A stretch of 64,000 bases of DNA from Candidatus Woesearchaeota archaeon (GCA_019322895.1 JAHWHZ010000001.1:266220-330219); one strand, 5' to 3'. Positions 27,865 through 37,696 are shown, counted from the stretch's first letter. Notes: generated by a model not told the origin, from the letters alone. Made by a program: numbers and translations.

Positions 27865-28493
27865 ATTTTTATTATCTTGCCTAATGGCCCTGGATTAATC
27901 AGCAAAGCATTGTTCAGCTTGTCTTTTTTTCCTGCATTTTCATGAAGGTGCCCGCATATTTCAAGAACAATATTAGGATTTGACTTTATGAATTTTGTTA
28001 TTGTCTTGTTTCCGCAGTATTCTTTTCCTATTCTGTCAAGCTTTGTCTTGTAAGGAGGGGCATGCGTCACAAGAACTACTTTTTTTCCTTTTATTTTTGG
28101 CTTTATTTTCTTTATGAACTTTTCCATTTCCTTGTCCTGCCGCAAAAAGCTTTCTCCTGTAAAGCCTACAAAAACATAATCCCCTATTTTTATTGCTTTT
28201 TTGTTCAAAAAAATAAGGCTGTCATGAAAAGAGCATATTTTTCTCATCACAGAGTCTGTCTCGTGGTTTCCTGGTATAATTAGTACTTTCTTGCCAATCT
28301 TGCTTATTCTTTTCATCAGCTCTTCCAGGTGATTTTCAAACAAAGAGACATCACCTGCGCAAACGATTACATCTGGCTTTGTTTTTTTTGCTTTTTCTTT
28401 CAGTCTTTTGATGTATTTCAGGCTTTGATAGAAATCAACATATTCTGGTGATCTTGGTCTTGAGTGAAGGTCTACAAAAGCAAGAATTTTCAT
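27861..28493 (-). CDS. Calcineurin-like metallophosphoesterase
   Basis: MKILAFVDLHS, DVIVCAGDVS, IIPGNHE and GHLHE motifs. Start re-set to ATG (MKILAF). Confidence 0.75.
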   Translation of the reverse strand: MKILAFVDLHSRPRSPEYVDFYQSLKYIKRLKEKAKKTKPDVIVCAGDVSLFENHLEELMKRISKIGKKVLIIPGNHETDSVMRKICSFHDSLIFLNKKAIKIGDYVFVGFTGESFLRQDKEMEKFIKKIKPKIKGKKVVLVTHAPPYKTKLDRIGKEYCGNKTITKFIKSNPNIVLEICGHLHENAGKKDKLNNALLINPGPLGKIIKI

Positions 28494-28497
28494 GGAA

Positions 28498-29361
28498 TTA
28501 CACTCCAAAGCTCAACTGTATTATTGTCTGGTATGTCGTAAAGTTATTCAATACGTATGTCTCAACTATCATTGCAACAGCCAGCACAAGTACTGCGCAT
28601 ATCAAAATAAGCGTGTTTAATCCAAGTATCTTGGCAAACTGCGAGGAGAATAGTTTCTCCTTGACCACTGCATTTGACAGTATTGTTCCTGATATGACTG
28701 CAATCACATAGCTTGACATCTCAAGGAATGCATGCGGAAACACGCTCAACATTACAAGAATGAATAATATTGCTGTGCTGGCGCTCAGATTTATGGCTGT
28801 GGTTTTTGCAAGTGTGCCGAAAATTGTTCCCCATACAGATGCGTTCCATATTATCAGGTAGATTGAGCCGTTTCCTGCTATTAAAGCTACTATGAAGCAC
28901 AATGCAAGCACGCCCAGATTATGCGTGAACAAGTCCCAAAAAAGGCTCATTGAGAATGTTGTTGCTCCTCCTGACATCATTGCAGCAAGCTGCTGCTTGA
29001 ACAGCTGGTTTGCTGCCAGTCTTGGAAGAATCATTGAAAAGAATGCAAATACAAAGAATGCTCCAAAAAACATGTACATGTATACTTTGTATAGTTTCAG
29101 GTTTGATTTGAATATGTCTATTATATTATACAGCCTTGTAACTTCTCTATATGCTTTTGCTTCAAATACAGTAAACTGATACAAGGATGGTATGAGCAAA
29201 GTAGATGCAATTGCTACAATCACCAGCGCAGGATCATTTGGAAAGACCATCATTGCAAAGAACACGCCGAAAACAGTCAATGCAAAGCTGAGCACAAAAG
29301 CATATCTTGGATTTTCCTTCAAGAACTCAACTGGATATAGCTGCTCTAATACCATTTTCAC
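28498..29361 (-). CDS. Polytopic membrane protein (possibly SpoIIM/COG1300-like)
   Basis: 287 aa with about 6 TM helices. Family assignment is tentative. Confidence 0.4.
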   Translation of the reverse strand: MKMVLEQLYPVEFLKENPRYAFVLSFALTVFGVFFAMMVFPNDPALVIVAIASTLLIPSLYQFTVFEAKAYREVTRLYNIIDIFKSNLKLYKVYMYMFFGAFFVFAFFSMILPRLAANQLFKQQLAAMMSGGATTFSMSLFWDLFTHNLGVLALCFIVALIAGNGSIYLIIWNASVWGTIFGTLAKTTAINLSASTAILFILVMLSVFPHAFLEMSSYVIAVISGTILSNAVVKEKLFSSQFAKILGLNTLILICAVLVLAVAMIVETYVLNNFTTYQTIIQLSFGV

Positions 29362-29436
29362 CTCTTTTGTTTAAATGGTATTATTTGATTATTTAAATGT
29401 TTCTGCCTGTCCTCTAAATATAAAATAAAAAAATAA

Positions 29437-29730
29437 TTATCTTTTCTTCTTTACTTTCTTTTTTATTTTTCTCTTGACTTTTCTTGCTTTTTTCTTGACT
29501 TTCTTTTTTCCTGCTTTTGCTGCTTTTTTCATCTCTGCCATCAATATCTTGTTCATTGCTGCAGCATATTTCTTTGTCTCTGCAAGCATTTTCTTTGCAA
29601 CCCTCTTTACTTCTTTGTGGTCCTTGCCTTTCACAAGTTTTTTCATTTCTTTTGTTGTCTCGTTTTTAGCGTATTTCGCTACTTTTACAGGCACTTTTGC
29701 CATTTTTCTTAAAGTGTCTCTTTTGCTCAT
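29437..29730 (-). CDS. Lysine-rich basic protein (about 40% Lys; possible chromatin or nucleic-acid binding)
   Basis: 97 aa of K/A/V-rich sequence ending in KKKARKVKRKIKKKVKKKR. An SD GGAGGG-like run is upstream. Confidence 0.45.
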   Translation of the reverse strand: MSKRDTLRKMAKVPVKVAKYAKNETTKEMKKLVKGKDHKEVKRVAKKMLAETKKYAAAMNKILMAEMKKAAKAGKKKVKKKARKVKRKIKKKVKKKR

Positions 29731-29739
29731 ATTTTCACC

Positions 29740-31398
29740 TCATCTTCTTTTGATTAATCCGTAAGGAAGCAGTCTTTCCCGTATCATCGATCCTGTCAGT
29801 ATGCATAACAATAATATTGCAAAAGACAGCGCAAATATTGAAAATATTGAATATCCAAATACTTTTGGCTTCAGATCAACAAGCATTGAGCCGGATAAAA
29901 GCAGTGCTGCAGTGAGTATTGCGTAAGCAAGTTTATTGCTGCCAAACCCTATGGACCTTCCCAAATGCCCGATGTCTGTATCGCTTATATCAAGCTGTAA
30001 TGGTTTTCTTGTAAATCTTTCAATAAGCTCGCTTGTTTGCTCTGGCAGGTCAGCAAGCACGTCTCCTGCTGCTCTTGACTTTTGCAGTAATCGTTTTATG
30101 ATTGCTTTTGGCTTGTTCTCTTTTTTCAGTATTGCAGCAATCTTTGGTTTTGCATATTCAACAAAATTAAAATCAGGATCTAATTGAGTGCAAGTTCCCT
30201 CCGCAGTCACCAGCGCCTTTGCAAGCAGTATCAGGTCAGCAGGCATCCTTATATGATTTTTGACACAGACATTGAACAGCCTGTGCAGTACCTGCGTCGC
30301 TCTTATGCTGCTTGCAGGATTCCAGTTTCGCACAACATCATCAGTATCCAGCTCAAATTCCTCAAGATTTGTCTCGTCAGTCGGCAGGCCGATCTTCAGC
30401 AAGGTTCTCACAACACCTCTTGAATCCTTGTTTACAAGAGCTACAATCATGTCGATTGAATACCGCTTCAGTTCCTTGTCCAGTCTTCCGACAATGCCGA
30501 AATCAAGCAAAGCTATCTTTCTGCCTGGCAGAATTAATATGTTTCCTGGATGGAGGTCAGCATGAAACAATCCCTTGTCCAGCACCTGCCTGAAAACAGC
30601 GTCTGCTATGTTTTTTATTATCTCCTGCTTGACTTTAAGGGACAGTTTGTCCTGGATTTCAGACAGTTTTGTTCCAGGTATGTAATCCATCACCAGGACC
30701 TTATCTGTTGTAAAGTCCGTGTAGACTTTTGGCACGAAGATCTTGGTGCTTTTCTTGAAAGTATCATGAAATTGCTCGATATTATCTGCTTCTATCAAAA
30801 AATTCAGTTCGTTCTTTGTATATCTTTCAAATTCTTTTACAATCTGCAGTGGAGAGACTGTTGTTTGCTTGAAATATTTGTCAAGCTTGTGCGCAAAATA
30901 CTCCATTATCTGTATGTCTGCTTCAAACTGCTCTTTGACATGCGGCCGCTGGATTTTTACCACGACCTGCTTGCCGTTCTTTAATTTCGCTTTGTGAACC
31001 TGCGCTATTGATGCACTTCCTATTGGTTTCTTATCAAAGCTCTTGAAAATGGAATTTATTGGCTTTTTCAGTTCTGTTTCAATCACTTTTCTTGCTTGTT
31101 CATATCTGAATGCAGGCATCTGGTCCAGTAATTTGCTGAACTCAACGCAGTATTCCTGCGGGACAAGGTCTGGCCTCAGGCTCAATAACTGCCCTAACTT
31201 GACATATGCTCCCCCCAATTCTTCCATTGATTTTCTCAGCCGCACAGGGATTGAATCCCCCTTCTTGTATCGTTTTATTCTCTTGTGAAATGGAAGATAA
31301 AATCCTAGTCCAAACTCTTGCACAAAATACCCTAATCCTTGTTTTGCAAGAACATTGATTACTTTAGAAGCTCTTTTGAATGAATTAACATTGCTCAT
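29740..31398 (-). CDS. UbiB/ABC1-family atypical protein kinase
   Basis: ASIAQVHKAKLKNGKQVVVKIQRPHV is the ABC1/aarF signature. C-terminal TM helices. Start re-set to ATG (MSNVNS). Confidence 0.8.
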   Translation of the reverse strand: MSNVNSFKRASKVINVLAKQGLGYFVQEFGLGFYLPFHKRIKRYKKGDSIPVRLRKSMEELGGAYVKLGQLLSLRPDLVPQEYCVEFSKLLDQMPAFRYEQARKVIETELKKPINSIFKSFDKKPIGSASIAQVHKAKLKNGKQVVVKIQRPHVKEQFEADIQIMEYFAHKLDKYFKQTTVSPLQIVKEFERYTKNELNFLIEADNIEQFHDTFKKSTKIFVPKVYTDFTTDKVLVMDYIPGTKLSEIQDKLSLKVKQEIIKNIADAVFRQVLDKGLFHADLHPGNILILPGRKIALLDFGIVGRLDKELKRYSIDMIVALVNKDSRGVVRTLLKIGLPTDETNLEEFELDTDDVVRNWNPASSIRATQVLHRLFNVCVKNHIRMPADLILLAKALVTAEGTCTQLDPDFNFVEYAKPKIAAILKKENKPKAIIKRLLQKSRAAGDVLADLPEQTSELIERFTRKPLQLDISDTDIGHLGRSIGFGSNKLAYAILTAALLLSGSMLVDLKPKVFGYSIFSIFALSFAILLLCILTGSMIRERLLPYGLIKRR

Positions 31399-31462
31399 TT
31401 TATCCTCTTTTTTATAATGTACCAATTATCACTTCCCATATATATAGTTTACTGCTTTTACA

Positions 31463-31476
31463 AACCTTTTTAAAGG
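31463..31476 (+). promoter_or_regulatory. BRE/TATA box (caaaccTTTTTAAAgg) of topA; ATG about 25 nt downstream implies a leaderless mRNA
   Basis: Matches the window-wide consensus AAAsCTTTwTAAAk seen upstream of many genes, for example 19944-19957 and 7399-7412. Confidence 0.4.
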
Positions 31477-31498
31477 TGTGCTAATTTTTTTAAAAGTT

Positions 31499-33736
31499 AT
31501 GTATGAATTGATTATAACAGAAAAACCAAATGCAAGCAAAAGAATAGCAGAAGCGCTTGCAGAAGGCAAGGCAATTAAAGAGAATATAAAGGGCGTTCCG
31601 TATTATAAAGTAACTCATAAAGGCAAGGATTTAGTCATCGGCTGCGCAGTCGGCCATTTGTTTGGCTTGGCTGAAAAAGACAAGAAGCCCGGCTTCCAGT
31701 ATCCTGTCTTTGATATTGAGTGGGTTCCTGCTTATGAGATCTCAAAAGCAGCTGATTTCTCAAAAAAATATTATAATGCCTTGAAAAAACTTGCAAAGAA
31801 CGCAGATTCTTTCACAGTTGCATGCGACTATGATGTTGAAGGAGAGGTTATTGGCCTTAATGTTGTGCGGTTTATCTGCAACAGGAACGAGGCACGACGT
31901 ATGAAGTTCAGCACCTTGACCAAGCCGGATGTTGTGAAAGCTTATGAAAAAGCACAGCCACATCTTGACTGGGGGCAGGCAGAGGCTGGCGAGACAAGGC
32001 ACTTTCTGGACTATTATTACGGCATAAATTTATCAAGGGCCTTGACTTCTGCAATAAAATCAGCAGGCATGTTCAAGATACTGAGTGCAGGCCGCGTGCA
32101 AGCCCCTGCATTAAAGATAGTTGTTGATCGTGAAAAAGAAATCAAGGCATTCAAGCCAGTTCCTTTCTGGCAGATTGAGCTTAATGGCAAAACTAAAGGC
32201 AAGAAAGTTGATGCCTGGCATAAAGAAGATAAGTTCTGGGAAAAAGAAAAAGCAGATGCAGTTATGCAGAAAGTTAAGAATGAGAAAGAAGGCACTGTTG
32301 CATCTGTTGAAAAAAAGCAGTTCAAGCAAAATCCTCCGAATCCTTTTGACCTTACTACATTGCAGACAGAATCCTATAGGTGCTTTGGGATAAGGCCTAA
32401 AGAAACACTTTCTATTGCGCAGGAATTATACACAAATGGAATAATTTCTTATCCAAGAACAAGTTCCCAGCAATTGCCTGCAGCGATTGGGTATGCAAAA
32501 ATATTGAAAGCGCTTGCAAAGCAGAAAGATTATGCTGATTTGTGCAAGAAACTGCTGGCACTTAAGTCACTGACTCCTAATAATGGCAAGAAGACAGATC
32601 CTGCCCACCCTGCAATTTATCCTACAGGAATCTCTCAAAAGCTTGAAGGAAAGCATGCAAAAATCTATGATCTTATTGTAAAGAGGTTTATGGCCACTTT
32701 TGGAGAAGCTGCTGTCAGAGAGACAATAACAGCAGAGATAAATGTAAAGGAAGAGCCGTTTATTGCTAAAGGCACCAGGACAGTAGAGAAGAACTGGCAT
32801 GAGTTTTATGCTCCTTATGTCAAGCTTGAAGAAATAGAACTGCCTGCAATGAACAAAAGCGACAAGATTGAAGTGATCAAGATAACAATGCATGATAAAG
32901 AGACGCAGCCGCCAAAAAGATACACCCAATCTTCCATAATCAAAGAACTTGAGAAAAGAGGACTCGGCACAAAGGCAACAAGAGCAGATATCATTGAAAG
33001 ATTATACACGCGGCATTACATTAAAGGAGAAAGGATTGAAGCGACTGATTTAGGCATTCATATAATCGCGATTCTTGAGAAATATGTTCCAAAGATTGTT
33101 GATGAGGCCTTGACAAGCCATTTTGAAAAAGACATGGATGAGATTCGCGAAAGAAAGCTAAAGAAAGATAAGGTGCTTACTGAGGCAAGAAAAGTTGTGA
33201 CAGACATCTGTGCTGAATTCAAGAAAAAAGAAAAAGATATAGGCGAGGGGTTAAAGAAGACCTTTACAGAAACAAGAGCGGCATTACAGACAGTGGGCAA
33301 GTGTCCTAAATGCGGCGGAACACTTGTGATAAAGAAAGGAAAGTTCGGCTTGTTTGTTGCATGTGACAAGTATCCTGAGTGCGATGTTACATTTAAGCTG
33401 CCTTCTAACTGCTTGATCAAGGTCACAGAAAATGTCTGCGAGCATTGCAAGCATCCATTAGTCAAGACTATCCGCAGAGGAAAGAAACCGCAGGAAGTCT
33501 GCATTAATCCAGAATGTCCTGCAAAGAAAGTTGAAGTAAAGATTGAGAAAGGAAGAAAGTGCCCTAAGTGCGGAAAAGGAGAATTAGTCTTGAGAAAATC
33601 AGTCTACGGGGCGTTCATGGCCTGCAATAGATATCCTAAATGCAGGTATACTGAGAGTCTTGAGGGAAACGGAACTAAAAAAACAGTGAAAAAAAAGGCA
33701 AAAAAGAAAAAGAAGAAGAAAAAATCCAAAAAATAA
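31499..33736 (+). CDS. topA: DNA topoisomerase I (type IA) with C-terminal Zn ribbons and a poly-Lys tail
   Basis: Toprim start MYELIITEKP, a type-IA core, and three C-terminal Zn ribbons (CPKCGG..CDKYPEC, CEHCKH..CINPEC, CPKCGKG..CNRYPKC). First ATG is at 31499. Confidence 0.9.
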   Translation: MYELIITEKPNASKRIAEALAEGKAIKENIKGVPYYKVTHKGKDLVIGCAVGHLFGLAEKDKKPGFQYPVFDIEWVPAYEISKAADFSKKYYNALKKLAKNADSFTVACDYDVEGEVIGLNVVRFICNRNEARRMKFSTLTKPDVVKAYEKAQPHLDWGQAEAGETRHFLDYYYGINLSRALTSAIKSAGMFKILSAGRVQAPALKIVVDREKEIKAFKPVPFWQIELNGKTKGKKVDAWHKEDKFWEKEKADAVMQKVKNEKEGTVASVEKKQFKQNPPNPFDLTTLQTESYRCFGIRPKETLSIAQELYTNGIISYPRTSSQQLPAAIGYAKILKALAKQKDYADLCKKLLALKSLTPNNGKKTDPAHPAIYPTGISQKLEGKHAKIYDLIVKRFMATFGEAAVRETITAEINVKEEPFIAKGTRTVEKNWHEFYAPYVKLEEIELPAMNKSDKIEVIKITMHDKETQPPKRYTQSSIIKELEKRGLGTKATRADIIERLYTRHYIKGERIEATDLGIHIIAILEKYVPKIVDEALTSHFEKDMDEIRERKLKKDKVLTEARKVVTDICAEFKKKEKDIGEGLKKTFTETRAALQTVGKCPKCGGTLVIKKGKFGLFVACDKYPECDVTFKLPSNCLIKVTENVCEHCKHPLVKTIRRGKKPQEVCINPECPAKKVEVKIEKGRKCPKCGKGELVLRKSVYGAFMACNRYPKCRYTESLEGNGTKKTVKKKAKKKKKKKKSKK

Positions 33737-34447
33737 ATGAAAAATAAAATTCTGGTCTCAACAGGCAATTTCTGGGATGGCAAGAATCCCTTGGACAATC
33801 TTAAAGCAATAAAAACAATAAGAAAACTTGATGTTGACGGTGTAGAGATTACTTTTTCAGACCCCAAGCTTCTAGAAGGATTTTTCAGCAATGAAGTGAA
33901 AAATCTGCTGCAGAAGTTCAAAATTATTGGTATGCATATGCCAGCAATAAAATACCAGAAAAATGACAAGACAAGGGAGATAATCAAGAAATGCTATTGT
34001 TTATACAGATTAATTAAGGCAGATTATGCAAATCTGCACATCAACTGGCTAAAAGATCCGGATCTTTTCAGGGGGACAAAATGGAATATTGTCATTGAGA
34101 ACGGCAGTTCAAAAAATGCCTTGTTTGTCAAAGACATGCAGAACCTTCTAAAGAAAAACAGGCGGTTTAAGATGATTCTGGATGTTAATCATGCTTATGA
34201 GAGCGATGAGATAGGAGAATATGTCAAAAAATTGAAAAACAAGATTTATGCAGTGCATCTTGGCGGCGGAGAAATAAAAGGACTTAATAGCCACCGGCCT
34301 TTTTTCAAGGCTCCGCAAGAATATAGGGATGCCTGCGAGCCTATTAAAAAGCTGGACTGCCCTATTGTTTTGGAGTATACTTTTCCTAACAAACTAAGCC
34401 AGATTGACAGCGAGATACAGCGCATCAAGAACTGGCTTAAAGCATAA
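33737..34447 (+). CDS. Xylose-isomerase-like TIM-barrel (sugar-phosphate isomerase/epimerase / AP endonuclease 2 fold) protein
   Basis: Weak family-level match over 236 aa. ATG immediately follows the topA stop. Confidence 0.45.
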   Translation: MKNKILVSTGNFWDGKNPLDNLKAIKTIRKLDVDGVEITFSDPKLLEGFFSNEVKNLLQKFKIIGMHMPAIKYQKNDKTREIIKKCYCLYRLIKADYANLHINWLKDPDLFRGTKWNIVIENGSSKNALFVKDMQNLLKKNRRFKMILDVNHAYESDEIGEYVKKLKNKIYAVHLGGGEIKGLNSHRPFFKAPQEYRDACEPIKKLDCPIVLEYTFPNKLSQIDSEIQRIKNWLKA

Positions 34448-34462
34448 ACAAAGCGTGCTATG
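34442..34462. repeat. Remnant of a family-1 element (gcataaacaaagcgtgctatg) flanked by direct repeats AAAGCATAAAC
   Basis: 14 of 16 nt match the family-1 right terminus. 11-12 bp direct repeats flank it on both sides (34439-34449 and 34464-34475). Confidence 0.35.
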
Positions 34463-34506
34463 TAAAAGCATAAACTATATATACTGTCCTCTATGTAAAT
34501 ATTCTG

Positions 34507-36324
34507 ATGGGTAAGAAATTGGGGGTATTATTGCTGGTTTTATTCTTGCTAGTTCCTGCTGCAACAGCAATATCTGAAAAGCAGGGAAGCACAAAGCTTC
34601 TTGCTGTGCTTAAGAAAGATGGAAAACAATTCGGCACTGTTGCCACCCTTGACTTGGATATGCAGACAGGAAAAAACAGGGTTTTTCTTGAGACATTTCC
34701 TTTGACACAGGTCTCTACGCAAGTGAGCATGCGCTTTGCCCAGCAGATGGCCTGCTCTGCATTGGATGCTGACTGTTCTGATTATGATTTTTTCTATACG
34801 ATAAAATCCCTCCCAGGCGTTGTTGGAGGTCCAAGTGCAGGTGCTGCAGCAGCTGTGCTCACTGCATCTTTGCTTTTGAACAAGCCTATAAGAAAAGATG
34901 CTTCAATAACAGGCACAATCAATTCCGGCGGGATAATCGGCGCTGTTGGCGGGCTCAAGGGAAAGATAAAAGCTGCTTCTGAAAATGGAATCAATCTTGT
35001 CTTGATTCCGCATGGCACGCGGATGCTTGATGAAGGCAACAAGAACCTGCTGAAAAATGCCACTAATAATGTGACAATTGATGGAAATGCAACTAAACTG
35101 GATTTAGTTGAATATGGCAGGAATCTTTCTGTCAATGTTTCTGAAGTCGCGACTCTTGCAGAAGCAATAGAGCTTCTTACTGGCCACAAGATAAAGGAGC
35201 CAAAAGATGATTTTGTCCTTGATCCTGGATATCTCAAGACAATGAAAGAAGTATCTCAGGAATTGTGCAAGAGAAACGATGAAATAATAAAGCAGCGCAA
35301 AGATATGAATACAAATTTCTCTGAAGAGGAGATTACATCTTTGAATTATACAAATATGAGCAAAAAGGCATTTGATTCAGGAGAATATTACAGTTCTGCA
35401 TCTTATTGCTTCAGGTCCAGCGTGGTCCTTAAGCAGAATATGTTCAGGTACGAAAATCTCACTGATAAAGATATAGTAGAAAAGATAGATTTCTTGAAAA
35501 ATGAGACCAGTGCTTTTGAAAAAAATATAAACAAGACAAAAATAAAGACAATAACAGGGCTTCAGACAATGATGGCAGTGACAGAAAGAATAAACGAGGC
35601 CGGCAATGCTGTCTCAAAAGCCCTGGAAAATAAAGAAAAAACAACAGACTGGCTTGCTTATGCAGAAGAAAGACTGTATTCTGCAAAAGCATGGAGCAAG
35701 TTCTTCAATGGAGGCAATGCAAAGTTTGAATTAGATGAAGAACGCCTGCGGCTCAGCTGCCAGAGCAAGATAAATGAGGTTGAGGAGAGATATAATTACC
35801 TGAAGATAATACTGCCGACGCTTTTGAAAGACATAAGAAAAGACATTGATGATGCATACGATGCCTTGAATAACAAGCAGTATGTCAGCTGCCTTTATCA
35901 GGCAATCAAATACAAGTCTGAGATTGATGTTTTGCTTGGGCTTATTGGTGTTGAAGAAGAAAGGGTTGATGACCTGCTTGACCTTAAATTAAAGATTGCC
36001 AAGCAGGCCCTTGTAAAGACCCAGCAAAAAGGAATATTTCCAATAATCAGCTATTCATATTATGAGTATGCGAACTCATTGAAAGAAATGGACCAGACTT
36101 CTGCGCTCTTGTTCAGCCAGTATGCTCTTGAATTTGCTAATCTGGACATTTATTTTCCTCCAAAAAAGAAATTTTTCAGCATCCTGAAAAAAATAGACAA
36201 GAAAATCCTGCTTATGTTTGTTCTAGGATTATTTGCAGGGATTATTTTGATGTGGAATCCAAGAAAGAAATATAAAACCCTGCAAACGCCTCAAAAGAAG
36301 CGTTTGCGAGGGAAAAAGAGGTGA
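34507..36324 (+). CDS. Secreted, C-terminally membrane-anchored Lon-like S16 peptidase-domain protein
   Basis: Signal peptide; Ser-Lys dyad region GPSAGAAAAVLTASLLL...GGLKGKIKAA typical of the Lon proteolytic domain; long helical C-terminal region and a C-terminal TM helix. Confidence 0.6.
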   Translation: MGKKLGVLLLVLFLLVPAATAISEKQGSTKLLAVLKKDGKQFGTVATLDLDMQTGKNRVFLETFPLTQVSTQVSMRFAQQMACSALDADCSDYDFFYTIKSLPGVVGGPSAGAAAAVLTASLLLNKPIRKDASITGTINSGGIIGAVGGLKGKIKAASENGINLVLIPHGTRMLDEGNKNLLKNATNNVTIDGNATKLDLVEYGRNLSVNVSEVATLAEAIELLTGHKIKEPKDDFVLDPGYLKTMKEVSQELCKRNDEIIKQRKDMNTNFSEEEITSLNYTNMSKKAFDSGEYYSSASYCFRSSVVLKQNMFRYENLTDKDIVEKIDFLKNETSAFEKNINKTKIKTITGLQTMMAVTERINEAGNAVSKALENKEKTTDWLAYAEERLYSAKAWSKFFNGGNAKFELDEERLRLSCQSKINEVEERYNYLKIILPTLLKDIRKDIDDAYDALNNKQYVSCLYQAIKYKSEIDVLLGLIGVEEERVDDLLDLKLKIAKQALVKTQQKGIFPIISYSYYEYANSLKEMDQTSALLFSQYALEFANLDIYFPPKKKFFSILKKIDKKILLMFVLGLFAGIILMWNPRKKYKTLQTPQKKRLRGKKR

Positions 36325-36521
36325 TTGGAATAAAAACCCTCGCAGACCTCCGAAGAGATCTGCGCGGGAAAAAGAGGTGATAGTATGAATAGGATTAGAA
36401 CCACCCCATTGTTTTGTTACTACTCCAGTATAGTGTTAGTAGTATTTAAAGCTTTCGGTTTGATAGTACTGCGGAGTAGTTATAAGTTATATTTATAAAG
36501 GCCCCAAATATCCCAGATAAT

Positions 36522-37070
36522 ATGAAATGCATAAAATGTAATAAGATAGCGTCTATAGACCTTAAGCATCTCGGAGGCAGCTTGTGCTCTAATTGTTTTG
36601 CAGAAGTCATTGAAAAAAGAGTCAGAAAAAGCCTCAGGCAGCATGACTGGCTCAAACCAAAGGACAAGGTACTTGTTATAGACGATAACAGCCTTAAATC
36701 AAAGGTCAGCATCTATCTTCTGAAGTCTATTTTCAAGGGCAAGCCGTTTAATCTAAGTTTCAAGAAAGGCTCTGTCAAGTCTGCGGAAAAGCTTTCCAAA
36801 GGCTATGACAAAGTGATAATACCATGGAACCTGGATGATGAGGCGGAACAGCATCTTGATGCGCTTTTCAATAACAAAAAAATCAAGAAAACAAGGTTCA
36901 TAAAGCTTCTTTTGAATGTTTCTGACGAGGAAATTGATTATTTTGCAAGGATAAAGAAAATCAGGGGCAGAAAAAAAGCAAAAACAGAGCTTGGCAAGAA
37001 GCTTGATGCATTAGAAAAAAGATATCCTTGCTCTAAATTCGGCCTGCAGAAATCATTGATTTTACAGTAA
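36522..37070 (+). CDS. TtuA/Ncs6-like protein with N-terminal CxxC Zn finger and a degenerate PP-loop
   Basis: MKCIKCNK...CSNC followed by VLVIDDNSLKSKVSIYLL, where a PP-loop ATPase would have VLVAxSGGKDSxxLLxLL. Confidence 0.35.
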   Translation: MKCIKCNKIASIDLKHLGGSLCSNCFAEVIEKRVRKSLRQHDWLKPKDKVLVIDDNSLKSKVSIYLLKSIFKGKPFNLSFKKGSVKSAEKLSKGYDKVIIPWNLDDEAEQHLDALFNNKKIKKTRFIKLLLNVSDEEIDYFARIKKIRGRKKAKTELGKKLDALEKRYPCSKFGLQKSLILQ

Positions 37071-37103
37071 TATTTAAATAGTACATATTTCTAAAAAGCA
37101 CTT

Positions 37104-37694
37104 ATGAAAAAGAGGTGGATAATACCGATAGTCCTGCTAATCATTATACTTATCGGAGTTGTCGGATATTTTGTTTATTATTTCTATGCATTTACGCAGC
37201 TCAAGATAGCTGATGTCAGTGTTACGAATCTTACTGATTTCAGTCTCAAGGGGTTCTCTTTTTCAGGGCACATCAGCGTGTATAACCCTAACCTTATCTC
37301 AGTCAGCATCAAGCAGGTGGAATATGACATTGTATTTGAGCCTACAGGCCAGCTGTTGTCTGCAGGGATATTAGAAGGGAAAAAACTTCCTTCAAAACAA
37401 ATAACAGAGATTCCTTTCCAGAAAACAATAAACTGGGCGCCTGCATTATCAATGGTAATTCAGCTTGTCACAAGCAATGAGCCTGCAAATATAGTATTGT
37501 CTGGCAAAGTAATCGTGACTGAGACAATCAAGCTGCCTTTTGAGTACAAGCTGGATTTGCGGCCGTATTTCCAGAAGGTTGTTGAAGAGCAGAAACAAGC
37601 TACAGTGGAAAAAGCAGTCGAAACATTAGAAGAAAAATACGGCAAGACAGTCAGTGCAATTGCAGAGCATATTGCTAAATACCTGCCGATATAG
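37104..37694 (+). CDS. LEA-2/WHy-domain (NDR1/HIN1-like) membrane-anchored protein
   Basis: N-terminal TM helix, then a beta-rich domain (ISVSIKQVEYDIVFEPTGQLLSAG...) resembling LEA14/WHy. Confidence 0.45.
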   Translation: MKKRWIIPIVLLIIILIGVVGYFVYYFYAFTQLKIADVSVTNLTDFSLKGFSFSGHISVYNPNLISVSIKQVEYDIVFEPTGQLLSAGILEGKKLPSKQITEIPFQKTINWAPALSMVIQLVTSNEPANIVLSGKVIVTETIKLPFEYKLDLRPYFQKVVEEQKQATVEKAVETLEEKYGKTVSAIAEHIAKYLPI

Positions 37695-37696
37695 AA

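Noticed and set aside
33640-33736. A-rich tract at the end of topA, considered as a poly-A repeat or slippery site
   Set aside because: It is in frame and encodes a poly-Lys tail (KKTVKKKAKKKKKKKKSKK), a common feature of topoisomerase C-termini. No frameshift is needed.
36309-36381. Two copies of a 20-nt direct repeat with a 37-nt spacer, considered as a mini CRISPR array
   Set aside because: There are only two copies, the first copy is coding sequence of the Lon-like gene, and no cas genes or further repeats are present. Better explained as a local duplication (see finding).
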